From Micavibrio sp. UBA2400 (GTDB lineage Bacteria; Pseudomonadota; Alphaproteobacteria; UBA2400): 64,000 nucleotides of DNA. Within the stretch, counting starts at the first letter, position 1; the number at the start of each line of letters is the position of its first letter. The DNA lies in contig DDSC01000005.1 in NCBI GenBank assembly GCA_002343265.1, forward strand, positions 40,596-104,595. The letters run 5' to 3'. Positions 1-10,585 of this stretch are shown piece by piece. The position numbers were made by a program, and so were the translations under genes. Below the pieces are notes generated by a model. The model saw only the letters and a list, made by a program, of their open reading frames with translations, did no database searches and was not told the origin of the DNA.

Positions 1-7
1 CCAGCGC

Positions 8-1300
8 ATGGCCGATGTGCTGGCCCCGCTGGGTTATGGTCTAACGGACGAGGCAGAGGACGCTGACCTTGTCATCCTCAACACCTGTCATATCCGCGAG
101 AAGGCCTCCGAAAAGCTTTATTCCGAACTGGGCCGCCTCAAGGAGCAGCAGCAAGACAAAGCCGCCAAGGGCGGGCGCATGATGGTGGCGGTGGCAGGCT
201 GCGTGGCACAGGCCGAAGGGGCCGAGATCATCAAGCGTGCGCCCAATGTCGATCTGGTATTCGGTCCGCAGACCTATCATACCCTGCCCGAGATGGTGGG
301 CCGCGCCGCGCGTGAGAGCGGGCTGGTCAATACCGACTTTCCGGTGGAGAGCAAGTTTGACCATCTGCCCGCCGAGCAGGCCATTGAGGGCAAGAGCGCG
401 TTTTTGAGTGTGCAGGAGGGCTGCGATAAATTCTGCACCTTCTGCGTGGTGCCCTACACGCGCGGGGCTGAAGCCAGCCGCACCGTGCAGCCCATTCTGG
501 ACGAGGCGCAGCGGCTGCTGGATAAAGGAATTCTGGAAATCACTCTGCTCGGTCAGAATGTGAATGCGTTTCACGGCACCGCCGCCGATGGCAGCATATG
601 GAGTTTGGCCCGGCTGATTGAGGAGCTGGCCAAAGACAGCCGCCTCAAGCGGCTGCGCTACACCACCAGCCACCCGCGCGACATGAGCGATGATCTGTTC
701 GCCGCGCACCGCGATATTCCGGTACTCATGCCCTATCTGCATTTGCCTGTGCAAAGCGGCAGCAATGCTATTCTGGCCGCCATGAACCGCAAACACACGC
801 GTGATGATTATAAGCGGATTATCGATAAGCTCCGTGCCGCCCGGCCCGATATTGCCCTCTCAGGCGACTTCATCGTCGGCTTTCCCGGTGAGCGGGAGCA
901 GGACTTTCAGGATACACTCGATCTGGTGATGGAGGTTGGCTACGCCAGCGCCTTCAGCTTTGCCTATAGCGCCCGCCCCGGTACCCCCGCCAGCGGTCTT
1001 GGTCAGCAGGTGGAGGACGCGGTCAAGCAGGAGCGGCTGCACCGGCTGCAGGATCTTATCTGGCGGCAGCAGCAGCATTTTGGCGCCACCAAGGTAGGCC
1101 AGACCTTGCCAGTGCTGTTCGAAAAACCGGGCCGCAAACCCGGCCAGCTGATTGGTAAATCGCCTTGGCTGCAATCGGTCGTTGCCGAGGCCCCGGAAAG
1201 CCTGATTGGCCAGATCGTCAACGTCGCTATCGACAGCGCCCATCCCAATTCACTGATCGGACGGGTCGTCGGGGGGGGATTTATCCTTAATTCTCATTAA
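8..1300 (+). CDS. miaB: tRNA-2-methylthio-N6-dimethylallyladenosine synthase MiaB (N-terminus lies upstream of the window)
   Basis: [10 protein letters not shown], radical-SAM CDKFCTFC motif, C-terminal TRAM domain; frame open to the window edge. Confidence 0.96.
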   Translation: MADVLAPLGYGLTDEAEDADLVILNTCHIREKASEKLYSELGRLKEQQQDKAAKGGRMMVAVAGCVAQAEGAEIIKRAPNVDLVFGPQTYHTLPEMVGRAARESGLVNTDFPVESKFDHLPAEQAIEGKSAFLSVQEGCDKFCTFCVVPYTRGAEASRTVQPILDEAQRLLDKGILEITLLGQNVNAFHGTAADGSIWSLARLIEELAKDSRLKRLRYTTSHPRDMSDDLFAAHRDIPVLMPYLHLPVQSGSNAILAAMNRKHTRDDYKRIIDKLRAARPDIALSGDFIVGFPGEREQDFQDTLDLVMEVGYASAFSFAYSARPGTPASGLGQQVEDAVKQERLHRLQDLIWRQQQHFGATKVGQTLPVLFEKPGRKPGQLIGKSPWLQSVVAEAPESLIGQIVNVAIDSAHPNSLIGRVVGGGFILNSH

Positions 1301-1337
1301 TCTGTTACAATCTTTGCATTCCCTCAATAATTTTGGG

Positions 1338-1346
1338 TGCTATAAT
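1338..1346 (+). promoter_or_regulatory. extended -10 sigma70 element (TGnTATAAT) upstream of phoH
   Basis: TGCTATAAT exact match in an AT-rich intergenic gap. Confidence 0.6.
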
Positions 1347-1378
1347 AAGAGCATGACACTGTCCCGCCCGGTCAGCGC

Positions 1379-2392
1379 ATGACCAGCCATAGTCCCGATA
1401 CCGATACCTCCGGCCCATTGCAGATGCATCTGCCCGATAATAAGCTGGCGCAGGAGCTGTTTGGCCCCCATCACCAGCACCTGCACGCACTTGGCGCCAA
1501 GCTGAACATTCATATCACTGCCCGCGGTAACCATGTCACCATCAAAGGTGATCGTGCCCGCGATGCCAAAGCTCTGCTCGACGTGTACTACAGCCGCTTG
1601 GTCAATGGTGGCCATTTTGATACCAGCGAGTTTGAGCGCACCGCCGATAAAATCGCCCTCGCCAGCACCGAGACCCAGCTGCGCGATTCTTTGGCGCTGG
1701 CCAGCGGCTATGCCGATTTTGCCATCAAGACGCGCAAGAAAACTATTCTGCCGCGCACCGAAAATCAGGCGGCTTATATTGCCGCCCTGCGCCGCAACGA
1801 GTTGGTGTTTGGCCTTGGCCCGGCGGGTACCGGTAAAACCTATCTGGCGGTTGCCCGTGCGGTGGAGATGCTGGTGGCGGGCGAGGTTGAGCGTCTAGTG
1901 CTCTCGCGCCCCGCGGTTGAGGCGGGCGAACGCTTGGGCTTCCTGCCCGGCGACATGAAAGAGAAAGTCGACCCCTATCTGCGCCCACTCTACGACGCGC
2001 TGCATGACACATTGGGGGCCGATCAGTTGGAGAAGCGGTTGGCGGCAGGCGAAGTTGAGATTGCCCCCTTGGCGTTCATGCGCGGCCGTACGCTGAGCCA
2101 CGCCTTTGTCATCCTTGATGAGGGGCAGAACACGACTCCGGTGCAGATGAAAATGTTCCTGACCCGTTTGGGCGAGGGCAGTCGCATGGTCATTACCGGC
2201 GATCTCTCGCAGATCGACCTGCCCTCCGGGCAGCGCTCGGGCCTGTTTGATGCCTGCGAGACATTGCAGGATGTACCGGGTGTTGCCATGCTACAGTTTG
2301 ACCAGAATGATGTTGTGCGCCACCGACTGGTCGGGGCGATCGTGAAAGCCTACGACCTGCGCGATGCTCGCGCGCGTGGCCGTCAGCGCTAA
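1379..2392 (+). CDS. phoH: PhoH-family ATPase (YbeZ-like)
   Basis: GPAGTGKT Walker A, RPAVEAGERLGFLPG, LDEGQN; canonical position miaB-phoH-ybeY. Confidence 0.95.
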   Translation: MTSHSPDTDTSGPLQMHLPDNKLAQELFGPHHQHLHALGAKLNIHITARGNHVTIKGDRARDAKALLDVYYSRLVNGGHFDTSEFERTADKIALASTETQLRDSLALASGYADFAIKTRKKTILPRTENQAAYIAALRRNELVFGLGPAGTGKTYLAVARAVEMLVAGEVERLVLSRPAVEAGERLGFLPGDMKEKVDPYLRPLYDALHDTLGADQLEKRLAAGEVEIAPLAFMRGRTLSHAFVILDEGQNTTPVQMKMFLTRLGEGSRMVITGDLSQIDLPSGQRSGLFDACETLQDVPGVAMLQFDQNDVVRHRLVGAIVKAYDLRDARARGRQR

Positions 2393-2401
2393 CGGCTCAT
2401 C

Positions 2402-2926
2402 ATGGCGCTGATCCATAAAATTGATGTCACCTTGCCTGACCGCTTCTGGCCCAGTCAGTTGCATGGTGCGGCGGCAGTGGCCCGCCGAACCATCGCCTAT
2501 GTGCTGGAGCGCGAGCGCTGCAAACAGGCCATGCAGGTTACGGTTTCGCTCTCCAGTGACGCCCGCGTGCGGGTACTCAACCGCAATTGGCGCGGGAAAG
2601 ACAAGCCCACCAATGTACTGTCCTTTCCCATGCATCAACCCACCCCAGCGGGCTATCTGCTTGGCGACATCGTGCTGGCACGGCAGACTCTGGTGCGTGA
2701 GGCGCGGCAGCAGGGTAAAAGCCTGAAGCAGCACTATGTGCATTTGCTCATCCACGGTACCTTGCATTTGCTGGGCTACGACCACGAAAATGATCCGGAT
2801 GCGGATGTCATGGAAGCCAAGGAAATCAAACTGTTGGCCGGATTGGGGATCCCCGACCCTTATCCCGCCATGCTGGGAATCGACAAAGTCCGCCAGCCCG
2901 CTAGAATGCGCAGCCGCCATGAGTGA
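2402..2926 (+). CDS. ybeY: rRNA maturation endoribonuclease YbeY
   Basis: [11 protein letters not shown] and [11 protein letters not shown] metal-binding motif. Confidence 0.96.
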   Translation: MALIHKIDVTLPDRFWPSQLHGAAAVARRTIAYVLERERCKQAMQVTVSLSSDARVRVLNRNWRGKDKPTNVLSFPMHQPTPAGYLLGDIVLARQTLVREARQQGKSLKQHYVHLLIHGTLHLLGYDHENDPDADVMEAKEIKLLAGLGIPDPYPAMLGIDKVRQPARMRSRHE

Positions 2927-3812
2927 CGCCCCCGCCCCGGCCAATGAGCCGCCCCGACTGCTCTCTGCCTTTCTGACCCGCCTGAGCCACAGCCTGCGCC
3001 GCAAGCGTAGCGATGAGGATATCCGTGAGGCGATTGAGGAGCTGATCGATACGCCATCCGATAGCGCAGCGGATTCACAGGTGAATTCCGAGCGGCAGCT
3101 GCTCACCAATATCCTGCGCGTACGCGATCGCAAGGTTGGCGATATCATGCTGCCCCGTGCCGATATCATCGCCATCAGCGTGACGGCAAGCTTGCCTGAT
3201 ATTCTGACTCTGGTCGCGCGGGAGGGGCATAGCCGCCTGCCGGTGTACCGTGCTGATCTGGATGACATTCTGGGCATGATCCACATCAAGGATTTGTTGC
3301 CGCTGGCCGGTAAGCCAGCCGAGTTCAATGTACAGGCGATCCTGCGCGATGTTCTGATTGTGGCCCCCTCCATGCCGGTGATGGACCTGCTGGTCGAGAT
3401 GCGCTCCTCGCGCCGCCATATGGCGCTGGTAGTGGATGAGTTCGGCGGGATCGATGGTCTGGTAACAATCGAAGATCTGGTGGAAGAAATTGTCGGCGAG
3501 ATTGAAGACGAGCATGATGAGTCTGAAGCGCCACAAATGGCACTCAAGCCCGACGGCTCGGTCATGGCTGATGGACGCCTGCCGCTGGATGAGCTGGAAG
3601 AACATACCGGACTGCTGCTAGAGGATGACGCGCGTGAGAATGTCGATACCCTTGGCGGGCTGCTCTTTTTCATGGCCGGGCGAGTGCCGGGCCGCGGTGA
3701 GCTGATCCGTCATGACAATGGCGTTGAGTTCGAAGTGATGGAAGCGGATGCGCGTCGCGTCAAGCGGGTACGGATCCGCAAGCTGCCTGTGCGCGAAACC
3801 GCAGGCGAATAA
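2919..3812 (+). CDS. corC: CBS/CorC-HlyC domain magnesium/cobalt efflux protein
   Basis: [32 protein letters not shown]; ATG 2919 overlaps the ybeY end. Confidence 0.9.
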   Translation: MSDAPAPANEPPRLLSAFLTRLSHSLRRKRSDEDIREAIEELIDTPSDSAADSQVNSERQLLTNILRVRDRKVGDIMLPRADIIAISVTASLPDILTLVAREGHSRLPVYRADLDDILGMIHIKDLLPLAGKPAEFNVQAILRDVLIVAPSMPVMDLLVEMRSSRRHMALVVDEFGGIDGLVTIEDLVEEIVGEIEDEHDESEAPQMALKPDGSVMADGRLPLDELEEHTGLLLEDDARENVDTLGGLLFFMAGRVPGRGELIRHDNGVEFEVMEADARRVKRVRIRKLPVRETAGE

Positions 3813-3814
3813 GC

Positions 3815-5314
3815 GTGCTGGCGGATAAACTCACCGCTCTGGCGGGGTGGCGTCGCGCCGGTCTGGTGCTGGCCCTTGGGGGGCTGCTGGGCTGGTTTCA
3901 CGCACCCTATAATTATTGGCCGCTTGGCTTTGTCTGCTTTCCGTTGTTTTTGTGGATCCTCTCTCCGCTGCGGGGCTGGGCAGCCTTTCGTGCGGGGTGG
4001 CTGTTCGGCTTTGGCTATTTTCTGTTCGGGTTGTACTGGATTGCCCACGCCCTCTTTGTCGATATCGTCCAGTTCTGGTGGGCTTTGCCGTTGGCGGTGG
4101 CGGGCCTTCCCATGGTGCTGGCGCTATATGTCGCGCTGGTTGCTGTACTGACTCAGCGCTGGGCTCGACCCGGTCTGAGGCAAGCCCTGCTGTTCGCGCT
4201 GCTGTGGAGCATTGCCGAGTGGTTGCGCGGCCACCTGTTCACCGGGTTTCCGTGGTTGCTCTACGGCTATGTCTGGAATGATGTGGCTGTCGTCCGCCAG
4301 CTCGCGGCTCTGCTTGGAGTCTATGGCCTGTCTTTCGTCGCCGTGCTGCTTGCCTGTTTGCCGGTTGCGTGGAGCATAGTATCGCAGCGCCGGGTTATGG
4401 GGGCGACAGCACTGGTGCTGGTAGCACTGGTCTGGGGCTGGGGCCTGTACTGGCAGTCGGTTCCTGCCACGCCGGGTCCCCAGCTGACGCTGCGTTTGGT
4501 TCAGCCCAATATCGAACAGACTCTCAAGCTGGATCCTGCTGCCCGCGAAGAGCAGCTTATCCGTCTGCTCACTCATACGGCTGTGCCGGGGAAGGTGGAC
4601 GCCGTAATCTGGCCCGAATCGGCCGTGCCGTATCGCCTGACCACCCGCCCGGATATCCGGGCCCGCATCGCTGCCAACCTGCCTGCAGGAAGTGTGCTAC
4701 TGACCGGAGTTGTGCGTGATGACGGTGACAAGTTCTATAATAGCCTTATTGCCATGGACGGGCAGGGGCAGGTCCTGGGGGCGTATGACAAAGCGCACCT
4801 AGTCCCCTTTGGTGAGTATATTCCCTTCCGGCAATGGTTGCCGTTTGATCCGATTGCCGGCGCGGGTGAGTTTAGCGCTGGTCCGGGTCCCCAAAGCCTG
4901 AGTTTTCGGAGCTTACCCAAAGTCAGTCCTCTGATCTGTTATGAAGTCATCTTTCCGGGTGCTGTGAGTGTGGTGACAGATCGTCCGGATTGGCTGCTGA
5001 ATATTACTAATGACGCCTGGTATGGACTCACGCATGGTCCGTACCAGCATTTGCAGATTGCCCGTCTGCGCGCCGTTGAAGAGGGCCGTGTTCTGGTGAG
5101 ATCGGCCAACAGCGGCATCTCGGCGATCATTCGGCCTGATGGACAGGTCCAGTCCTCGCTGCCACTTGGCATCGGCGGGGTACTCGACAGTGATATTCAA
5201 CTTGAGCAGAAAGCAGCACCGTTCGCATCTTACGGTTCCGCCGGGGTCGTGCTGTTGTGGCTGCTCACCGGCGTAGCATTTTTCCTTGCGGGTCGTCGCT
5301 CGGAATTGACTTAA
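3815..5314 (+). CDS. lnt: apolipoprotein N-acyltransferase
   Basis: TM segments, WPES, YDKAHLVPFGEY, ICYE catalytic motifs. Confidence 0.96.
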   Translation: MLADKLTALAGWRRAGLVLALGGLLGWFHAPYNYWPLGFVCFPLFLWILSPLRGWAAFRAGWLFGFGYFLFGLYWIAHALFVDIVQFWWALPLAVAGLPMVLALYVALVAVLTQRWARPGLRQALLFALLWSIAEWLRGHLFTGFPWLLYGYVWNDVAVVRQLAALLGVYGLSFVAVLLACLPVAWSIVSQRRVMGATALVLVALVWGWGLYWQSVPATPGPQLTLRLVQPNIEQTLKLDPAAREEQLIRLLTHTAVPGKVDAVIWPESAVPYRLTTRPDIRARIAANLPAGSVLLTGVVRDDGDKFYNSLIAMDGQGQVLGAYDKAHLVPFGEYIPFRQWLPFDPIAGAGEFSAGPGPQSLSFRSLPKVSPLICYEVIFPGAVSVVTDRPDWLLNITNDAWYGLTHGPYQHLQIARLRAVEEGRVLVRSANSGISAIIRPDGQVQSSLPLGIGGVLDSDIQLEQKAAPFASYGSAGVVLLWLLTGVAFFLAGRRSELT

Positions 5315-5381
5315 CATGCCCGGGCTGTGCGTGTAGGCTAAGGTACCTGCCTTGGGGCACCCTACTCTTAGTGGATTGAGC

Positions 5382-5804
5382 ATGATAACCCGTAACCGTA
5401 CCCGTGGCGAAGAAGGTGCGCCGAACCCGACTGACCTGCATGTCGGGCAGCAGTTGCGGCAACGCCGCACGGTTCTTGGTCTCAGTCAGGAGCGGTTGAG
5501 CGAGGCGGTGGGCATCACATTCCAGCAGATCCAGAAGTATGAGCGCGGTCTCAACCGGATTGGGGCCAGTCGCCTGTATGAGCTCAGTCAGGCCCTTGGC
5601 GTGCCGGTTGGCTTTTTCTTTGAGGGGATGGCTCCCGCTGTTCCCGGTATGGCGGAGGAGGGTGCAGATTACAAGGCCGAGGCCGTGCTGCCGCGTGATG
5701 CCGCCGAGCTGATGCAGTTGTTTTCTTCCGTCTCCGACCCGAAGTTGCGCCGCCAGATCCTGACCATAGTCAAAAGCCTGATTGAATCAGCCCAGCAAAA
5801 CTGA
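5382..5804 (+). CDS. XRE-family HTH transcriptional regulator
   Basis: GLSQERLSEAVGITFQQIQKYERGLNRIGASRL; usual alphaproteobacterial lnt-HTH-metK order. Confidence 0.9.
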   Translation: MITRNRTRGEEGAPNPTDLHVGQQLRQRRTVLGLSQERLSEAVGITFQQIQKYERGLNRIGASRLYELSQALGVPVGFFFEGMAPAVPGMAEEGADYKAEAVLPRDAAELMQLFSSVSDPKLRRQILTIVKSLIESAQQN

Positions 5805-5878
5805 ATGTGAAACAGGCGCTTGATTAGTTGGATAAACCCGCTATCACGAACAGATCACTTACCTTGCCGGAGCCCGTT

Positions 5879-7048
5879 ATGAGCAATAGCCACAATTACA
5901 TTTTCACCAGCGAATCCGTGTCCGAAGGTCACCCGGATAAGGTGTGCGATCGCATTTCCGACAGCATTGTTGATCTATATTTGAAGGCTGACCCCTATTC
6001 GCGTGTCGCGCTGGAGACACTGGCCACCACTAACACCGTTGTGCTGGCCGGTGAAGTGCGTGGGCCCGAGCATATCGGTCCGCACGATCTGGAGGCCACG
6101 GCGCGGGAAGCCATCCGCTCCATCGGCTATGCCCAAAAAGGCTTTCACTGGGGCACCGTCAAGATCGACGTGCTGGTACATGCGCAAAGTGCGGATATCG
6201 CGCAGGGTGTCGATGCCGCCGCCGACAAGGATGAAGGCGCGGGCGATCAGGGCATCATGTTCGGTTATGCCTGCAAGGAAACCCCGTGCTACATGCCGGC
6301 CCCGCTGCACTACTCGCACCGTATTCTCGAAGAGCTGGCCAAAGCCCGCCACAGCGGCGAGCAGCCCTTGCTCGGCCCGGATGCCAAGAGCCAGATTTCC
6401 CTCGTCTATGAAAATGGCAAGCCGGTGCGCGCCTCGTCCATCGTGGTCTCGACCCAGCATCACGACAAGCTCGATCAGAAAGCTGTGCGCGAGATTGTTC
6501 GTCCCTACGTCATGAAGGTTCTGCCGGAAGGATGGATGTGCCCGGAGAGTGAGTTTTACGTTAACCCGACCGGGCGCTTTGTCATCGGTGGGCCGGACGG
6601 TGATGCGGGCCTGACCGGTCGCAAGATCATTGTCGATACCTATGGCGGTGCCGCGCCCCATGGTGGCGGTGCTTTCTCTGGTAAGGACCCGACCAAGGTT
6701 GACCGTTCAGCTGCCTACGCCATGCGCTATCTGGCCAAGAATGTGGTGGCCGCTGATTTGGCCGATAAATGCACCATTCAGGTGGCCTATGCCATTGGCG
6801 TCAGCAAGCCACTGGCCCTGTATGTGAATACCCATGGCACGGGCCGGGTGGATGAGCAGAAGTTGAGCAAGACCCTGCAAGAGCTGATGAACCTGTCCCC
6901 GCGCGGTATCCGCGAGCATCTCAAGCTCAATCGCCCGATCTATGCCCGCACCTCGGCCTATGGCCATTTTGGCCGCGAGCCGGACGCCGACGGCGGCTTC
7001 AGCTGGGAAAAGCTTGATCTCGTTGAGGCACTCAAGAAGGCTGCGTAG
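5879..7048 (+). CDS. metK: S-adenosylmethionine synthetase
   Basis: [35 protein letters not shown]. Confidence 0.98.
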   Translation: MSNSHNYIFTSESVSEGHPDKVCDRISDSIVDLYLKADPYSRVALETLATTNTVVLAGEVRGPEHIGPHDLEATAREAIRSIGYAQKGFHWGTVKIDVLVHAQSADIAQGVDAAADKDEGAGDQGIMFGYACKETPCYMPAPLHYSHRILEELAKARHSGEQPLLGPDAKSQISLVYENGKPVRASSIVVSTQHHDKLDQKAVREIVRPYVMKVLPEGWMCPESEFYVNPTGRFVIGGPDGDAGLTGRKIIVDTYGGAAPHGGGAFSGKDPTKVDRSAAYAMRYLAKNVVAADLADKCTIQVAYAIGVSKPLALYVNTHGTGRVDEQKLSKTLQELMNLSPRGIREHLKLNRPIYARTSAYGHFGREPDADGGFSWEKLDLVEALKKAA

Positions 7049-7445
7049 CCGGCCTGACCGGTCGTGCCGGAGCGTGTCCGCAGGCTGGGGCTTTGACGTT
7101 CAGCCAGCTGCGGAACAGTCGCGCGGCCCAACTCAGTGGGCGCGGCGGATCGTAGCAGACTTGCGCGTGTTGCCCATGCTCGTTAAAGACCTCCACCAGC
7201 GCCGTCGCTTCAGCCCGGCGATGCAGCGGCAGACGCAGCGCCTTGTCCCGGCAGCAGGTCGTCGCGCAGTCGGTGATATAAACCAGCATGCCGGCGTGTT
7301 TCACGAATTCAGGGCGAAAGTAGCTCGGCTCCTCACCTGAGGGGCGCATACCGATGCGTCCGCTTTCGGGCTCGGCAAAGCGCGGTCGGAGGTGACCTTC
7401 GGCGCGGTCGGCGTCGGTCGGTTCCAGTTTGATGATCCAGGGCAT
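7032..7445 (-). CDS. hypothetical protein (ORFan) between metK and trmB
   Basis: Strong RBS (GGGGAGG) 6 nt before ATG; fills the metK-trmB gap; no recognisable motif. Confidence 0.6.
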   Translation of the reverse strand: MPWIIKLEPTDADRAEGHLRPRFAEPESGRIGMRPSGEEPSYFRPEFVKHAGMLVYITDCATTCCRDKALRLPLHRRAEATALVEVFNEHGQHAQVCYDPPRPLSWAARLFRSWLNVKAPACGHAPARPVRPATQPS

Positions 7446-7476
7446 CTCAAACCTCCCCAGCCAGTGGTCTGGCCAT

Positions 7477-7496
7477 AAAAAAAGGCCCTATGGGCC
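7477..7496 (-). terminator. intrinsic terminator-like hairpin upstream of ORF 7032..7445
   Basis: minus strand GGCCC-ATA-GGGCC followed by T7. Confidence 0.5.
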
Positions 7497-7654
7497 GGAA
7501 ACTGCACGGCAGTAGAGCGGTAATAAACAGCTTCAGTATATGAAACGGCTTGCGCATATTCTTCTCGCTACCTCTTGCGGCGGTTCCTCTTGGCTCTTTC
7601 TGGGCGGGGGTGTATCAGATCAGGCGTGACGAAATCAAGCTAAAGTTGGGGTCT

Positions 7655-8311
7655 ATGACGGAAAGTCGCGAAAAATTTTATGGCCGCCGCAAAGGCAAGA
7701 AACTGCGCAGTAACCGTGTCCGTTTGGTCGAGGATGTGTTGCCGCAAATCCGCTGTCCGCGTGGTCTGCCGGAGGATGCCAGCCGATTCAAACAGATATG
7801 GCTGGAGGTAGGTTTCGGCAGTGGTGAACATCTGGCCACACAGGCGGCTGCCCACCCGGATATTCTGATGATCGGTTGCGAGCCGTTTATTAATGGCGTG
7901 GCTAAGCTTTGCCAGTATGTAGAGGAGCAGAGCCTCAAAAACGTCCGCATTTTTGACGATGATGCCCGGCTACTGCTTGATGCCCTGCCGGATGCCTGTC
8001 TCGATCGGGTGTTTGTTTTGTTTGCCGACCCGTGGCCCAAGAACCGGCATGCCGAGCGGCGCTTTATCGGCCAACCCAATCTCGACCGCTTGGCACGGTT
8101 GATGAAGCCGGGCACTGAACTGCGCTTGGCCAGCGATCATCCCGTCCTCAAACGCTGGATGATCGGGCAGATGCGAATCCGCCCCGACTTCTCATGGCGT
8201 CTAGATAAGTGCCATGAGTGGCTACACCGCCCGGCCGACTGGCCTCCCACCCGCTATGAGCAGAAAGCCCTGCATGGGCGGCCGATTTTCTTAACTTTTG
8301 TCCGCAAATAA
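7655..8311 (+). CDS. trmB: tRNA (guanine-N7)-methyltransferase TrmB
   Basis: LEVGFGSGEHL, GCEPFING, FADPWPK, TRYEQKA. Confidence 0.95.
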   Translation: MTESREKFYGRRKGKKLRSNRVRLVEDVLPQIRCPRGLPEDASRFKQIWLEVGFGSGEHLATQAAAHPDILMIGCEPFINGVAKLCQYVEEQSLKNVRIFDDDARLLLDALPDACLDRVFVLFADPWPKNRHAERRFIGQPNLDRLARLMKPGTELRLASDHPVLKRWMIGQMRIRPDFSWRLDKCHEWLHRPADWPPTRYEQKALHGRPIFLTFVRK

Positions 8312-8368
8312 AAACTTGCGATTGAATTTCTTTGCGTTAGCGTTGCCCCAAACAAGGGGGGCACGTTC

Positions 8369-9094
8369 ATGTCAGAAGAACCGCAAGAAGATTTTTGGGG
8401 CAATCCCGTAACGGCAGAGAATCGTGCCGCCTGGGAGGCGGAGCAGCAGCGCAGAGCCTCGGCGCGCAGCCAGCACTGGGGCTATGTTTGGAGTGTTGAT
8501 GAGTATGCGTTTCTTGGGCAGATAACGGAGCGGCGGGCGGCCATTACGGCAGCAAATGGGCAGGGGTATCAGGCGTCTGAAAGTCCTGTTTCTAAAAAAT
8601 TCAGTGAGATGGGTGTTCAGCGTGGGGCGCTTGTGTTTTTTACCGGCAATCCCCTGCGCCAGTTAGCGCTGGAAATTCATGAAGTGCGGCAGCCCAAAAC
8701 AGCTCGGATTATCGATTATGACATCATGCGCAGGGCTTGGGTTGCGCGTAATTTCAAGAATATGGAAAGGTTCCATTTTTGCAGCGAACGTGACTCGGCG
8801 TTTGTCAGCTCATATCAACAATGGCGAATTATCGGCGGTGAGCCGTGCCTTGGCGCCACGGTAACCTATCACACTGATGAGTATGGCGCTGCGTTTGGCG
8901 TCATGATGAATAGCGTCCCGCGCCCCGTCTTGCTCTGGCGGACGCTGGTGAACTACGCCACTCTTCCGCTGATAGTTGGCTTGTCTGCCTTCGGATTTCG
9001 GAACGCCGCTGATCGTGTGGCCTGTATTGGCGGCACCCCGATTGATGAGAAAGGTATCACGCCACGCGTCCCCCGTTCGCCGGAGCTGGCATAA
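8369..9094 (+). CDS. hypothetical protein, possible C-terminal TM segment
   Basis: 241-aa ORF with RBS (AAGGGGG); TTGCGA-N17-TAGCGT promoter-like element upstream; lower GC. Confidence 0.65.
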   Translation: MSEEPQEDFWGNPVTAENRAAWEAEQQRRASARSQHWGYVWSVDEYAFLGQITERRAAITAANGQGYQASESPVSKKFSEMGVQRGALVFFTGNPLRQLALEIHEVRQPKTARIIDYDIMRRAWVARNFKNMERFHFCSERDSAFVSSYQQWRIIGGEPCLGATVTYHTDEYGAAFGVMMNSVPRPVLLWRTLVNYATLPLIVGLSAFGFRNAADRVACIGGTPIDEKGITPRVPRSPELA

Positions 9095-9270
9095 TGGCAT
9101 GGTCACAAACCCCATCTCCGCTGGATCGCCTGAAGAATTTACAGCCGGTTGATCCTGCGGTGATGCGGCGGTTTGAGGCACTGGCCAAAGCCCGCGCCGC
9201 TACCGATCGGCAGCACCGACTGGAGCAATCACGGCTCGCGCACGACCTGCGTAAGGTTGTGCTGTTTTAG
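9094..9270 (+). CDS. small hypothetical protein (58 aa, not in the ORF track)
   Basis: TAATG overlap with the upstream stop; reads MAWSQTPSPLDRLKNLQPVDPAVMRRFEALAKARAATDRQHRLEQSRLAHDLRKVVLF; exactly fills the gap to ubiM. Confidence 0.55.
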   Translation: MAWSQTPSPLDRLKNLQPVDPAVMRRFEALAKARAATDRQHRLEQSRLAHDLRKVVLF

Positions 9271-10475
9271 GCCGCGCTCAGCTCGGTGAGTTGGTTCATC
9301 AGCAGGCGCTTGACGGGCGGCAGGGCATTGCCAAGGTGTAGTAGGCCACGGCGCAACAGACGCGCGGGCAGGTGATCCTTGGTATAAATCTCAACCAGCC
9401 CGTTGGTGGCCAGATAGAGCGGGCGCGTGACCTTGCGGTGCTGGCGGCTATAGGCGGCCAGCAGTGGTGTGGCACCAATATCCTCGCCTGCTTCATGGGC
9501 CTTGGCAATGCGCTGGGCCAGATCCACCGCGCCGCGCAGGCCAAAATTATAGCCATGCGCTGTCACCGGATGCATGCCCACAGCGGCATCACCCACCAGT
9601 GCGAGGCGCTCGGCATAAAAACGATCGGCATAGGCCGCTACCAGCGGATAGAGCACACGCTCGCCCGTTAGCGTCATCTTGCCGACGCGGTGCTGGAATC
9701 GCTCTTCGATGTAGGCTGCAAACGCGCGCGGTGACATGGCCTGCAATTGTGCTGCCTCGTAACTGGGCAGTGTCACCACCACCGAGCAATTCTTGCCAAA
9801 CAGAGGCAAAATCGCCAGTGTTTGCTCATCGATAAAACACTCATAGGCGATATCCTCATGGGATAGCTCGTGTTTCATGCGGCAGACAATTACCGAGCGG
9901 CCAAAGTCACGCATCCGTGTGGCGATGCCCACCTGACGGCGGGTTTGCGAGAAGCGGGTATCCGCCGCTACCGCCAGTTTGGCGGTAATTATCTCGCCAT
10001 TTTCCAGTGTAATGGTTGCGCCTTCGCTGTCGGTGCGGGTCAGTGCCACTTTGCTATTCGCACGCAAGTTGACGTTCTTGCACGGTTTCACACACTCATA
10101 GGCCGCTTTGCGGATCAGGTAATTGGGTACCAACCAACCCAGTGTGGCATCAGGCGCATCTGGCTTTTCAAAATGCAAAAAGTACGGGGAGGTGCCGTTA
10201 ATCACCCGCGCCTCGCGCAGTGGGTTAATCTCGTTCTTCGGCAATTTCTGCCACAGGCCCAACTCGGTCATCAACTGGCGCGAGAGATGGGTGAGGGCGA
10301 TATCGCGGCCGTCCGGCTTGGGATTTTTCAGCTCATTCTCGCTGCTGCTCTCCAGCATCAGGATATCAAGCCCGCTCTCTTTCAGCGCGCGCGCCAGCGA
10401 CAGGCCCGCCGGGCCAGCGCCAACGATAGCAATGTCACAGGAGGTAGTTTTGGGGGATTTGGCTGTTTTTGTCAT
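9267..10475 (-). CDS. ubiM: FAD-dependent ubiquinone-biosynthesis hydroxylase, UbiM-type
   Basis: GAGPAG FAD motif, DGRDIALTH, GDAAVGMHPVTAHGYNFGL. Confidence 0.85.
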   Translation of the reverse strand: MTKTAKSPKTTSCDIAIVGAGPAGLSLARALKESGLDILMLESSSENELKNPKPDGRDIALTHLSRQLMTELGLWQKLPKNEINPLREARVINGTSPYFLHFEKPDAPDATLGWLVPNYLIRKAAYECVKPCKNVNLRANSKVALTRTDSEGATITLENGEIITAKLAVAADTRFSQTRRQVGIATRMRDFGRSVIVCRMKHELSHEDIAYECFIDEQTLAILPLFGKNCSVVVTLPSYEAAQLQAMSPRAFAAYIEERFQHRVGKMTLTGERVLYPLVAAYADRFYAERLALVGDAAVGMHPVTAHGYNFGLRGAVDLAQRIAKAHEAGEDIGATPLLAAYSRQHRKVTRPLYLATNGLVEIYTKDHLPARLLRRGLLHLGNALPPVKRLLMNQLTELSAA

Positions 10476-10513
10476 GATGGTTAGTTACATACACCTACAG
10501 AGCTGAAAGACAA

Positions 10514-10527
10514 TTGATTGAAAACAA
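10514..10527. promoter_or_regulatory. FNR/FixK-like box upstream of ubiM
   Basis: TTGAT-TGAA-AACAA, one mismatch to TTGAT-N4-ATCAA, centred ~45 nt from the ubiM ATG. Confidence 0.5.
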
Positions 10528-10585
10528 AGTCAAAGGCCTGCTGGCAGCGTGCATTTTGCAATGATTCCATGGCGTTACATAAGTC

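Noticed and set aside
2291-3673. 460-aa antisense ORF
   Set aside because: Ser/Arg-rich shadow of ybeY-corC.
5805-5878. SAM riboswitch upstream of metK
   Set aside because: The gap is short and I could not recognise SAM-II or SAM-SAH consensus elements. An Infernal scan would be needed to exclude it.
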